Positions 24,880-37,800 of a DNA stretch of 64,000 nucleotides are shown here, piece by piece. The stretch comes from the human T2T-CHM13v2.0 reference genome, Homo sapiens: assembly GCF_009914755.1 (NCBI RefSeq), contig NC_060940.1; one strand, written 5' to 3'. Every line of letters begins with the position of its first letter. Position 1 is the stretch's first letter. A program made the position numbers and the translations under genes. The notes beneath the pieces are model-generated. The model made no database searches, was not told the DNA's origin, and saw nothing but the letters and a program-made list of their open reading frames with translations.

Positions 24880-25722
24880 TGTCTTAGTCCATTTTTTGTT
24901 GCTATAACAAAAAATGCCTGAGACTGGAGAATTTACAAAGAAAGGAGATTTATTTTGGCTCATGGTGCTGAAGGCTGAGAAATGAAAGATCCTATGACCA
25001 CAACTGGTTGGGTCCTGGTGAGGGCCTCATGTGCATCATAATATGTTGGAGAAACAGAAGCAGAAGCGATTAAGCAAAGGGCTAACCATGGGAGGCAGCT
25101 TCACTGACGCAGTTTGAATATATGTTCTCACCAAATCTCACGTGGAATTTTAATCCCCAGTGTTGCAGGTGGGGTCCAGTGGGAAGTGTTTGGGTCGTGG
25201 TGGCAGATCCCCCATAGCTTGGTGCTTTGCTCACCACAGTGAGTGAGTTCTCATGACATCTTGTTGTTTAAATGTGTTGAGTACCTCCCCACTCTCTCTC
25301 TCTTGCTCCTGTTCTCTCCTATTCCTGTTCTTGCCATGTCAGACACCTGCTCCCCCTTCACCTTCCCCATGATCAAAAGCTTCCTGAGGCCTCACCAGAA
25401 ACCAAGCAGGTGCCAGTGCCATGCTTCCTGTATAGCCTAGAGAAGTGTGAGCCAATTAAACCCCTTTTCTTTATAAATTACTCAGTTTCAGGTATTTCTT
25501 CATAGCAATGCAAGAATAGCCTAACACACTCACTTTGTAACAACCCACTTTCATGGGAACTAATCCATTCCCTCAAGCACTAACCCAGTCTCACTCGAAA
25601 GATATGAATCCTTCTTAACAACGTAATCATCTCTTAAAGTCACCACTTCTCAACATGACTGCATCAAGCACCAAGCCTCAACATGAGTTTTGGTGTGGAC
25701 CAACCATATTCAAACCGTAGCT
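24880..25722 (-). mobile_element. MST-type (MSTC-like) LTR hosting a nested MSTB
   Basis: TGTCTTAGTCCATTTT...GCTATAACA ... CAACATGAGTTTTGG...CATATTCAAACCGTAGC. Confidence 0.8.
25105..25528 (+). mobile_element. MSTB LTR
   Basis: TGA...CA termini; GAGGCCTCACCAGAA.CCAAGCAG; TSD TTCAC / CTCAC. Confidence 0.87.
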
Positions 25723-26038
25723 ACAAGAAACACTGTCATAAGAGAAGGGAACTTGGCTAACTTAAATCACTTTCTATAGCTCCTGCTAAAATTTGGGGGT
25801 GAGAGAATATTAAGGAGTTGCATCTAGTATGATGAAATTTTCTTTGCATAAACAAGCTCTGACACTCACATCCAAAACTCCACTTATAATGTGTATGGAA
25901 TGCAGAAGCCAAAAGTCACTTGGAGAATATGAAAGAAAAATAAAAACTGAATACATTTTAAGCACAAAATATCCCCCATGGAACATCAGACATCCCCAAA
26001 AGTGTCTAGGTTCTTAGATTGCCCAGAGAGTTCTACTA

Positions 26039-26395
26039 CAGGCACAAATGCATGGCCGGAAGACTGGAAACAGCTCACTGAGACTTTTTGGTTTGACCAG
26101 CATAGGTTTTGTTCTAATTGTATTATTTGAAAACACTTAAAATTTGGAATCATTTATATCCTGTTGATAAAATGGCAGATTCAGAAAACCGACTTTAAAA
26201 AACTCTGAGGAAAATACTTCACTAAAGGTATTGAAAAAAGTTGGAACTGAGTAGCAGCTGCATTTTATGGACCGTCCGTGATCTTTGGTTGACAAAGGGC
26301 CTTGGCACTTCCTTTCTTTTCTTCAGCCAACGTGCATTTTACTCATGCACTTTCTTTGCTGGGGCCTTATAGATCCCACAGGAATATCTGCTGTA
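26039..26395 (+). mobile_element. MER102 hAT-Charlie
   Basis: TTTTTGGTTTGACCAGCATAG ... TTGGAACTGAGTAGCAGCTGC. Confidence 0.6.
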
Positions 26396-26694
26396 AGAGA
26401 AGTGATAAAATTATCTGCTTTCTGCTTGTTGGGCTACTCCTAGAGTGTGGTGTTTCACTGTAGTCAAGAAGGACCAAGAAGAGGCAGAGAATATACAAGA
26501 CTGAATGATGGATGTTTTCTCTTGACCTAAGTGTGACCGAGCAGAAGCTTCAGGAAAATTATTGTCCCAAACGTAAAGAGTTCTTGGACAAATCTATTAG
26601 ACATAGATTGGGTTGTTTTAGGTGACAGAGGGCTTTCTTATGGGAAGTTAATAAACTGGATCTGGTTGTTGCTGTTTTCAGAAGATTGTAGACA

Positions 26695-27428
26695 TTCTGC
26701 AAACACCATGATAATAATCGTTGCAGGTAGGAACCATCACTAGATGCCAGAATTAGGGGAGAAAAGTGCAATGACAACAGGATATGTGTGCAGTCTCAAA
26801 GTATCTCCTCACAATATACTTATTAATTAAAGAGGGAAAAATGTTCACTTTGCAGTGGAGAGGTCTGACATCTATTGCCTTAGCCAAGAGACGAGGGCTA
26901 ACATCACCAGTAATAAGACATATCAACATCCTGATACCCAGACATAATGCACTGGGGAGTGCACATCATTTCTGTGGTATTCTTGCCTGAAATGCAAATC
27001 TTCCTTCTAATTGGAAGCATCTAATGAGGAAACATCAGATAAACCCAATCGAGGGGGGCATTTTACAAAATAACTCAACAGTACTCTTCAAAAGTGTCCA
27101 AGTCACGAAAAACAAAGAAAGACTCAGGAGTTGTCACAGATTGGAGAGGTCTAAGGAAAAATAACGAATGAAGTTTGAGAGCCTGGATGGGTTCCTGGAA
27201 CAGAAAAGAGAAATCAGTTGAAAAAAACCTATTGAAGTTGTAGCAAGATCTGCAGATTAGTTAATAATATCATATCCATAATAATTTCATGGTGTCAATT
27301 GTGCTATGGTTATGTAACATGTTAACATTAGAGGGAGGTGGTTGAAGCATGCGTGGAAAATCTTTGTACTGTTTTGCAATTTTTCAGTGAGTCTAAAATT
27401 ATTTCAATGTTAAAAAATATGTTTTAAA
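26695..27428 (+). mobile_element. L1MC4-type 3' end
   Basis: AACATCACCAGTAAT ... TGTGGTATTCTTGCC ... GGAAACATCAGATAAACCCAA ... TTTGTACTGTTTTGCAA. Confidence 0.82.
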
Positions 27429-27568
27429 GATGCTGCCCAGCAGATTTATCAAATGTATAAGTAAAATTGATTTTAATGTTTTTTTTCTCAAGTGCTGAAT
27501 GTCTCTACAAGCGTTTCTTGTCCTTTTCTCCTGAACTTTCTCTCTTGTCATTTTTTTTTTTAACTTTT

Positions 27569-27744
27569 CTGGTGCAGTGGCTCACACCTGTATTCCCAGT
27601 ACTTTGAGGGGCCAAGGTGGGAGCACCACTTGAGCCCAGGAGGTAGAGGTTACCGTGAGCTATGATGGCACTATTGCACTCCAGCCTGAGTGATGGAGCA
27701 AGACTCTGTCTCTAAAACTAAAAATAATAAATACAAATAAAAAA
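27569..27744 (+). mobile_element. Alu monomer (AluJ left/right-arm fusion or FRAM-like)
   Basis: Starts as left arm (GTGGCTCACACCTGTA..CCCAG.ACTTTG), ends as right arm (GAGGTTACCGTGAGCTATGAT...), with A-tail. Confidence 0.8.
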
Positions 27745-27777
27745 GATCTTTGGGTCCAGATTACTTTTTAACCTAAA

Positions 27778-27851
27778 AATTTCTGAATCTTTCTTTGTCT
27801 TTCATGACTTAGACACTTTTGAAGAGTACTGATGAGTTATTTTGTAAACTG
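27778..27851 (-). mobile_element. L1MC4 fragment, inverted copy of 27059-27132
   Basis: 66/74 identical to the reverse complement of 27059-27132. Confidence 0.85.
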
Positions 27852-28257
27852 ATGTATTTTCTCTTTCTCCTCCTCCTGCTCTTTTTCTCCTCCTCTCCCT
27901 TCTTCTCTCTCTCTCTCACACAAAAGCACTTTTTAAAAATCACTAAAACACTTGCCAGATTCTGCCAGAAAGCACTATAAATTATCTTGTCACTCCTAGA
28001 GGAGAAGATGCAGAGAAGAACCAGCAGCTTAGAGAATAAAGAAATGGAGGCTGAGTGAACCCAGAAGGGCATTCTCAGCCTGATATCATCATCAGTGATA
28101 CAAAACTGCCTTGTGCAGAGGGAGAAGCAAACAGGTACATCAGGCACCCAATAATCAGTTATAAAAAAAAAAGTTCTGATTATTTTCAGAAGTTCTTGTG
28201 GAGACAGAGCCCTACTGGTTGGTAACCAGCAAACTATGGAATCAGCCAAGAGAAATT

Positions 28258-29231
28258 TGTTCTTAGGCTTCTCTAGAGGGACAGAACTAATAGGACATAC
28301 ATATATATCTATATCACATATATATATATCATATCTATATCATATATCATATCTATATCATATATATCATATCTATATCATATATATCATATCTGTGTCA
28401 TATATATCATATATATCATATCTATATCATATATATCATATCTATATCATATATATCATATATAACATATATCATATATATCATATATATCATATATCGT
28501 ATATATCATATATATCATATATAACATATATCGTATATATCATATATAACATATATCGTATATATCATATATATCATATATCATATATATCATATATAAC
28601 ATATATCATATATATCATATATAACATATATCATATATATCATATATAACATATATCATATATATCATATATAACATATATCATATATATCATATATAAC
28701 ATATATCATATATATCATATATAACATATATATCATATATATCATATATATCATATATATCATATATATCATATATATCATATATATCATATATATCACA
28801 TATATATAGAGAAAGATATATATTATATATATAGAGAGAGAGAATTTATTAAAGAGTATTGACTCACACAGTCACCAGGTGAGGTCCCACAATAGGCCGA
28901 CTGCAAGCTGAGGAGCAACGAAGCTAGTCTGAGTCCCAAAGCTGAAGAACTTAGAGTCTGATGTTTGAGGGCAGGAAGTATCCAGCACGGGAGAAAGATG
29001 GAGACCAGAAGATGAGACCAGTCTAGTCTTTCCACGTTCTTCTGCCCGCTTCTATTCTGGCCACACTGGCAGCTGATCAGATGGTGCCCACCAAGGTTGG
29101 GGGTGGGTCTACCTCTCACAGTCCACTGACTCAATTTTTAATCTCATTTGGGAACACCTTCACAGATACACCCAGGAACAGTGCTTTGCATCCCTGAATC
29201 CAATCACGTTGACACAATATTAACCACCACA
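28258..29231 (-). mobile_element. MLT2A1 ERVL solo LTR with a TA-rich expansion
   Basis: TTCTCTAGAGGGACAGAACTAATAGGA ... CCAATCACGTTGACACAATATTAACCACCACA. Confidence 0.9.
28298..28832. repeat. AT-rich tandem repeat (CATATATAT)n with a higher-order ~25-bp period
   Basis: Direct reading. Confidence 0.93.
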
Positions 29232-29748
29232 TCTACTAACCATCACTCTCCTTGTATCCAACCTCCTGTCACCTTAGTTGCTCCCCCACTAAAGGAGGCT
29301 CTGCTCATCCCACTCATCCTCCTGCAACCTAAGCACGATCAGCCAGTCCACAGTGAAGCCCTCCCCTCCTCCCTGCTTGGACTCCGACACTCAGTGCTGG
29401 CCAACCTCAGGAATAGGTGGCTTCGTTTTCCTGCTAACCTTCACCACCTGTTACCCTTTGCCTAAATGGGGATGCCTGCTCTTTCCATTAGAGTCCAGTA
29501 TCCTGTATCAGGCTACTGCTAAATAGAAATGGCACTTATTTCCACTAGGGCTCCATCACCCCTTATAAAGGCACCCCTCAATAGGAATGTCCACTTCTCC
29601 CCAATAGAGCTGTGGCCGCCCTTCCTCGGGGACACCGCACTTACCCACTCAGCCTACAAAACCTTACTCTGCTGTCTTCCTTACCCTGTCCCAAGCCATT
29701 TGCCCCCAGCCTCCAACCAGGATGTCTATATTACTCAATCCCATCTAA

Positions 29749-30060
<312 letters not shown>

Positions 30061-30519
30061 TATCTAATGATTTTTGGACTGAAGGCAAGGGACGAGGAAG
30101 TAGGAATACTGTTCTTTGCTTTTGTCTTCCTTTTTCTGTTTGAAAAACTCCTCTAAAAATATGCAGGTGTGTGTCTGCCCAACATTCAACATCAAACTAA
30201 GCTGGCCCTACCCTCTTGCCAATAAAGATGAGTTCAGTCCAGGTCAGCCTGGGCACTGCAATAGCTTTTGCTCCTCTTTACTCTCTCCCAGATTCTTTCT
30301 ATTGTCACCTTGACTTTCACTGCACAACAGCTAAGGGGGTAATGTGGCAATGAATAAAATAGGACTAGAGGGTGCTCACCCTTTCTAAGGATCTTTGATG
30401 GCCTGGGTAGCCCCTTTGTGTGACTTAGAAGCAGGCACTGTTTCCTCCAGGAAGACACAGCCCCATGGTAGGGTGCAGGACTTAGGAGCCATAACTGGAG
30501 TGGAAATTTACTCCTCACT

Positions 30520-30742
30520 GCGCAACTGAACTCAGGAGCCTGGTCCTGCTTATTAGCTGTGTAATGGCACAGCCTTGAGTCATTGACTTAATTCTCTAAG
30601 GCTCACTTTCCTCATATATAAAAATTAGAGACACTTAGAGTACCTATCTTAAAGGGAGGTGGTAGAACTAAATGAAATAAGGCCTCCCAAGCATTCATCG
30701 CCATACCTAGCCTATGGAAAGCACTCGATAAGTTGCTTTTAT
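30520..30742 (+). mobile_element. MIR
   Basis: ACTTAATTCTCTAAGGCTCACTTTCCTCATATATAAAA ... AAGCACTCGATAAG. Confidence 0.75.
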
Positions 30743-30814
30743 GCAATCTCCACATCAAGCCTGCATGAGGTGCACACTTCAGACTTCATCAAAGCCTTTC
30801 TTTCCCCCTGGATG

Positions 30815-30937
30815 GCTGGTAAGGGCTATGAAGGCAACATTTATGTCTGACCTGCTTTGTTGTATTATCAGCACCTAGTATGGTATCTGATATGCAGTCA
30901 GTATTTGATTAAAATGAATGCATGAATGCATGAATGA
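30815..30937 (+). mobile_element. L2 3' terminus
   Basis: CAGCACCTAGTATGGTATCTGA ... (ATGA/ATGC)n tail. Confidence 0.65.
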
Positions 30938-31211
30938 GATTTTTGAGATCAAATGAGATAATACATAAGTAAAAGCCTGCACATATGCTAATAATAGGTG
31001 TAGATTGTTTACCCTTCATCCCTTTTGAAACTCACGAGAAGTGTCAGAGACTCTCTGAAATGGTCTCACCCCCGCTTTCAACTTTTCCTCAGGGCTTCAA
31101 GTATGTGTGCATACTACTTCTAATTTCTACCAATCATCAAATAATTAAGTAGATAGTGCATCCTCTTTCATAGCACTGGACTGTTTACACATATGTGTAT
31201 GAAGCTCACAG

Positions 31212-32060
<849 letters not shown>

Positions 32061-32148
32061 ATGTGTTCTGATTTTTGAAGGCAGAGCTTCAATTTCTCAT
32101 TTTCTGCCCAACTGTCAAATCATGTGTTCTTAATAGTGCTGAAAAAAA

Positions 32149-32323
32149 ATTATTTATGTATTTGTTTTAGAGACAGGGTCTTACTATGTCACCTAGGTTG
32201 GACTGCAGTGGCGCCATCATAGCTCACGGTAACCTCGACCTTTTGGGTCAAATGATCCTCCTGCCTCAGTCTCCTGAGTACCTGGGACTACAGGTGTGCA
32301 CTACTATGCCCAGCCAATTTTTT
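32149..32323 (-). mobile_element. Alu right monomer (FRAM or truncated AluJ)
   Basis: GAGACAGGGTCTTACT ... ATCATAGCTCAC ... GCCCAGCCAATTTTTT; no left arm. Confidence 0.82.
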
Positions 32324-32344
32324 AAAAAGTCTTTAAAAGTGTCA

Positions 32345-32568
32345 TTAGTTTACTTACTAAGTGCCTCTGTGTTACACACTTTTAGGCACTCTCATTAATC
32401 GTCAGTGCATTACTATGAAGTTATCTACTATTAAATCACTTTTCAGATAAGAAAACTGAGGCTCAGAGAGAATATATTGCTGAAGACTGTAAAACCAGTA
32501 AGTAGGGAGAGCCAGAATGTGGATCTGGTTCTGGCGAAATCCATGGCTCATGTTCTTAACCGTGGTGC
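32345..32568 (-). mobile_element. MIR
   Basis: TTTTCAGATAAGAAAACTGAGGCTCAGAGAG. Confidence 0.8.
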
Positions 32569-32629
32569 CAGATTGTCTTACTGCTAAATTGTTAACAATT
32601 AATTACAAAGTTCTGGGCTAAGTCTCTAA

Positions 32630-33094
<465 letters not shown>

Positions 33095-33354
33095 TAAAAT
33101 TTGCCACATCCTTGAGAAGGTAAGCCACATGACCTTTCTGTATATCATTCACAGTGACTGGAAACAGGCTAGACACATAGGTATTGTTTAGGAATTACTT
33201 AAGGGAGGAAGAGAAGGGAGGTCAGGAAGGACAAAGGGAGAAAGGAAAAGTTAGAAAGAATTATAAGATTCCCCTCAAGTCCAAACCTGGAGTGAGGGGG
33301 CAATGAAGAGATCTGGTTGCTCCAGGATCTCTTCAGGGATGGAGGAGAATTATA

Positions 33355-33796
33355 GATCAGCATTTAAAACAGCATCTGAGTAGGGAAACATGTGACATGG
33401 GCCTGGAAATGCATTAGAGGGAAGTGGTGAGTTAGCAGTATGAAACACACTTGTCCAATTTAAAGAAGGCTGATCTTTTCCACTTAGCCCATTAGACAAC
33501 AGATATGCTAGCTCAATGTTGCAGATAGTTCCTTCTTTTCTTCCTTCCTTCCTTCCTTCTTTCCTTCCTCCCTCTCTTCCTTCTTTCCTTCCTTTCTTCC
33601 TTCCTTCCTTCTTCCCTCCCTTCCTCCCCACTTCCTTCCTTACTTACTGAAAATCTGGATTTCTATGTGAAATCTCCCTTTCTTTAAGAGTCAACAGCTA
33701 ATTGTTTTTATTTTATTTTTTAAAACACTAGGTGGGCCAAGCAAAATAAGCCTGCAAGCTTGTAGTGACCCGCAGGCTGTAATACTGTGGTCTCTG
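33355..33796 (-). mobile_element. MER102 with an internal (TTCC)n expansion
   Basis: AAATCTGGATTTCTATGTGAAATCTCCC ... AAAACACTAGGTGGGCCAAGCAAAA. Confidence 0.65.
33529..33642. repeat. (TTCC)n polypyrimidine repeat
   Basis: Direct reading. Confidence 0.92.
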
Positions 33797-34293
33797 CTGT
33801 AGAGAAACAAAAGGGCAGGATGTGGCCAGACTGAGAAGGTCCAACTGCTACGAGAGAGAAGAACAAAGAGAAGGAGAAATCAAGAAGATTGTTGCTTGAT
33901 TTTCCTCCCATCTTGTAACTTACAACCCAAAAGCTTGCTGGTATCACCACCAGAAGATGGACTTGGGTGGGGCTGGGAGATCTTTGGAAGCTTGTGGGTG
34001 AAGAATAACCAGTGGCCCATTCTGGCAACTGTTGACTTCATACCCTCTGTTCTTGGGGGAGAAAAAGTGCTGTCAAAACAGAAAGAAATTTTATACCAGC
34101 AGCCCTTGGTTGGACATGAGCTCTATTTTTCGTTAAAGCACACATTTGATCGCTGACAGCCTTTTTTTTCTTCTTCTTCTTTTCCCTTTTGACTCTGGGA
34201 CAGAAGGGATTGAGCACAAACTGGCAGTGAATGATATCCCTCCCGACTTTGGGTGATTATGTTCGTTAATAATGATTATCGCTTCTATGTAAT

Positions 34294-34301
34294 ATTTGCA
34301 T
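34294..34301. promoter_or_regulatory. Octamer motif ATTTGCAT, followed by GATAA
   Basis: Exact POU octamer in repeat-free sequence; function not shown. Confidence 0.35.
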
Positions 34302-34477
34302 GATAAACTATAGACATCTGGTGGAGTGTGCATGTGCACGTGGTGTTTGTTAGAAAACAGAAGCAAGTTAAATGCTGATGAAATGTGAAATCGAACCGTT
34401 CAGACTAAAAATAAAGTCGGCAGGCTTTAGGATTTCTGCATGCCAGCAATTCTGAACTGCTTACATACACCGTCTTA

Positions 34478-34491
34478 GTTACCGTGGCAAC
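34478..34491. promoter_or_regulatory. RFX X-box GTTACCGTGGCAAC
   Basis: Fits GTNRCC-N0-3-RGYAAC fully; function not shown. Confidence 0.5.
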
Positions 34492-34690
34492 ACTTGGCTG
34501 TGCATATACAGACACAGAGTACACAGTTTGTGGGCTGGCCCTTGGGGGTCCCATTACAGAATTTTGTATGTTTAGAAATATTTTGTAATAAGGCCCCTTG
34601 TGTCACTTATTAGTGATAAAATGTACAACTGCCTTCATCAGCATCAGTCTCAAATTTGTTTCTTATTGACATGAACCAGCATGCTTTCAG

Positions 34691-34786
34691 GTAAGACAGA
34701 GTATGTGTGTATATATATATGTGTATGATTTTATCTTCCTCAAAGTGTTGTGTTATAGTTTAACTTTCTTTTATTTTTTCCCCCAG
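34691..34786 (+). other. Candidate 96-nt GT-AG intron
   Basis: CAG|GTAAGA donor, TTTAAC branch point (A 34763), pyrimidine tract, CCCCAG| acceptor. Confidence 0.4.
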
Positions 34787-35469
34787 AAATTCTATCTCTT
34801 TGTTTTTCTTTATGCTGTGGAATCAACTGAAATTCCTAGATGATAGACAAACATGTATGTCTCGAGTCCAAGCTCAGAGGCAGAGACACATTGAGGGGAG
34901 CATGAAGCCTGGGGTTTGCGTGTGTTTTCTCTTAAAGTACAGATTTTAGATAATGGCTGATTTTCAGCATCACTGGCATCATGAATTCCAGGAGCCCTGG
35001 ACGGGAAAACCTTTATCCAGTTGTAAATGCTGTGTTGCTTTGGCGCCATTTGAGTAACATTCACATAAAGGATCTAACAGTAAAGAGATGACTCTGATTT
35101 TTTTTTTTTTCATTACCTGCTCTGTGTGGCCAGGACCAAATGACTCCCCTTGATATTTACTTTCTTGGTTCTTTTCCAAAGTGTTAATCTAACTGTCTTC
35201 AGTAGCAGAGGATGGAAGGCTCTCCTCTGTTAATGGTTTTCTGCCTGTTTCAGGAAGGCCTGCAGTTTAACGCTCCCTGGTGGGTTCTACAGAGTTAGAG
35301 GAAGGACGTGCATTGCAGAAACTCCAGATAGCCTGGCACTTTCTACGCAAGCGCGGCCGCTAGCTACAGATGCCCTAGGCCACACTGACTGGTCTGAGTT
35401 TGAGCTGTTCTTGTAAATTGAAACCGATGCCCGGTGGAGCTGGGAGATCTTTGGTTCTGTAGCTCTTCA

Positions 35470-35915
35470 GAGCTGGGGTGGAATACTGGCTCTGCCATTC
35501 ATTCATCATGACCTTGAGTAATTCTCTTCATTCTTTTGAGCCTTTTCCTCATCTCAAAAGCTGAGGGACTAATCCCTTCTCCACTAGAACTTTAAAAACA
35601 TTAAACGGTATGAAGCTATATAAAGTTTCCAAAACATAGCCAATAAGAAAATTTTTAAAAATACTAATAGTAACGATTAACAGATAAGTTGATGACTTTG
35701 TGCTGTATTGAGCAATTAATATGTATTTTATTTTTGTAGCCTCACTATAATGCTTTAAAGTGAGTCACGATAATAATAATAATAGTAATATTTTCGTTTT
35801 ACAGCTGAAAGAAGACTAGAGGCTTAGAGAAGTAAACACGTAGTCTAAAGTTTACAAAGCCAGTTGTTGCAGGGTTCAAACCGAGGGCTGACTAAACTAT
35901 GGGCATTTTCTACAC
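35470..35915. mobile_element. Two MIRs, tail-to-tail (+ ~35470-35640; - ~35660-35915)
   Basis: CTGGCTCTGCCATT...TGACCTTGAG...TTCCTCATCT and TTTTACAG...AGAGGCTTAGAGAAGTAA...GGGTTCAAACC. Confidence 0.65.
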
Positions 35916-36198
35916 AAGTAAATAAATGCTAAGCACTGTTGTTAATAAGAAAAATGGAGACAATTGGAAAATTTACCCCTGCAATTTTTGAGGGGGGAGG
36001 AAGGATGGGATTGGAGCATTAAAAACAACTGAACTCCTGGGAGATTCCATACTGATGGAATGTTTACCAGGGAAATGATTCCATTTACAATCCAAACAGT
36101 GAAAAAAAAGTAGATTTCCAGTTTGGAAATTTTATATTAGAATTTAGAACTAAACACATCAAATGGTTAAATACATTGGTGTGGCTAGCTCTTATCAT

Positions 36199-36520
36199 GG
36201 TGTACCAACAGTGAGATTGGGATGGGTTTTCTGGGATTCAGGAGCTGAAACTATCTCTCTCCCTGGCATAGGGGCAAAGGTTAAGAAGAGCCATCCATGC
36301 ATGAGCTCTCTGCTCCAAAGTGAGATTGGCAATGATGGGAACCAACAGATCTAACTTTGTCTCGGTGCACCCATGGTGGGATTGGGAATGGGCTTTCTGG
36401 GATTCAGGAGCTGAAACTCTCTCTTCTCCCCGGCACTGGGGCAAAGATTAAGACGAGCCATCCATGCATGAGCTCTCTGCTCCAAAGAGAGATTGGCAAT
36501 GGTGGGAGCTGACAGAACTA
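36199..36520 (+). repeat. Tandem duplication, period 165 bp
   Basis: 36199-36363 vs 36364-36520, roughly 85-90% identical. Confidence 0.93.
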
Positions 36521-36738
36521 GTGCCAGAGTTGATTATTTGTTCAAAAGAAATTCCATTTACTTTATAGATGAAGATTGTTTTATAACAATCCCATTTACA
36601 TTGTAGATTTTCATTGTTGATGTAAGAAAATCAAGCCAATATAGTAAGAGTGTGATCCTCCATCAATAGCTTCATTGAACTGCACTGTCCTAAGTGCTAG
36701 GGATACCAGTATGGAAACGAGATTCCTGTCCTCTGGGG

Positions 36739-36927
36739 TAGCACTGTGCGATAGAACTTTCTGTGATGAAGAACATGTTCTATATTTCTGCTAAACATTA
36801 CAGCTATTGAGTTTCTGACATGTGCCTACTGTAACTGATGCGCTGAATGTTTGATTTCACTTAATTCCTTAAATTATAAATTTAACTGGACAGTTATGGA
36901 TAGTGGCTACCATGTTGGGCAGTGCAG
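36739..36927 (+). mobile_element. MER3
   Basis: TAGCACTGTGCGATAGAACTTTCTGTGATGA ... TAGTGGCTACCATGTTGGGCAGTGCAG. Confidence 0.82.
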
Positions 36928-36959
36928 ATCTAGAGGATGACATGTGGGATGAGGTAAAC

Positions 36960-37215
36960 CAGTGACAGTGAAGAAGGCTATAACTTTAGGACTTACAGGA
37001 GGTGCTGGAGTCTGCAGCATCCCCTACTGCTAGTGGTGTAAACTCTGGAAAGTTAAATATTTTATCTGAGTGTAGACCATGCATCTGTAAAATGGGGACA
37101 ATTGTAAAATTATTTCAAGATTGTTATGAGTGTGAGCTATTCTATGCAAGTCTCTTAATAGAGCTTAAAACAGGGTGGAGAAAATACGAGCAGTTATTAT
37201 TATTAATAGTGTTGT
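36960..37215 (+). mobile_element. MIR
   Basis: CATCTGTAAAATGGGGACAAT core. Confidence 0.7.
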
Positions 37216-37239
37216 CATTATTATCATTATTTTGTAACC

Positions 37240-37800
37240 AAAGGATGCACAGGTTGCTACAAGGGTCATTGAGAGATTAACTCTGCTGTGATTGAGGCAG
37301 ACATAGAAGGAAATATTGAAACCTAATTCATAGAAGGGATGATATTTGAGCTTCATTGTCTACTAGTGTCAATTACTCAACAAGGCGACAGAGGGTGATT
37401 CAGGTAGAGCATGTGCTTGGCTAAAGCACTGTGATTTGAAGGAGTCAGGTTTGTTTGGGGAATTGGGGAACTGCAAGTAATGAGTCTGTAGGGTTGCGTA
37501 AAACCAGGGTCCTGGTGTCTCGCAACCACGGTGGATGTCTGGAAGCATCTTGTAGATTTCAGTGATCCATCATATAGATTTATGGGAGGAAGTGAGATCA
37601 CATTTTCATATCAAAAAATAAATCCGGCTGCTGTGGGGGAATGAATTAAGGTAGAAAGAGACCGAAGGCAGAGAGATCAATTAGAAGGAGGTCTGGTGCA
37701 AGAGGACAAGACATTTAATAAGGTCAGCAGCCATGGTGATGGGCAAGGCATTTATTTGAGAGGCAGGTAAGAGGAAAAATTGACAGAGATTTTGCAGAAA
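37240..37800 (-). mobile_element. L2 fragment
   Basis: GATGATATTTGAGCT ... GCTGCTGTGGGGGAATGAATT ... GAAGGCAGAGAGATCAATTAGAAGG. Confidence 0.65.

Noticed and set aside
28236-28649. 137 aa I/Y/H/S-rich ORF
   Set aside because: Translation of the AT-rich tandem repeat.
35300-35440. CpG island
   Set aside because: Far too short; only a small CpG cluster.
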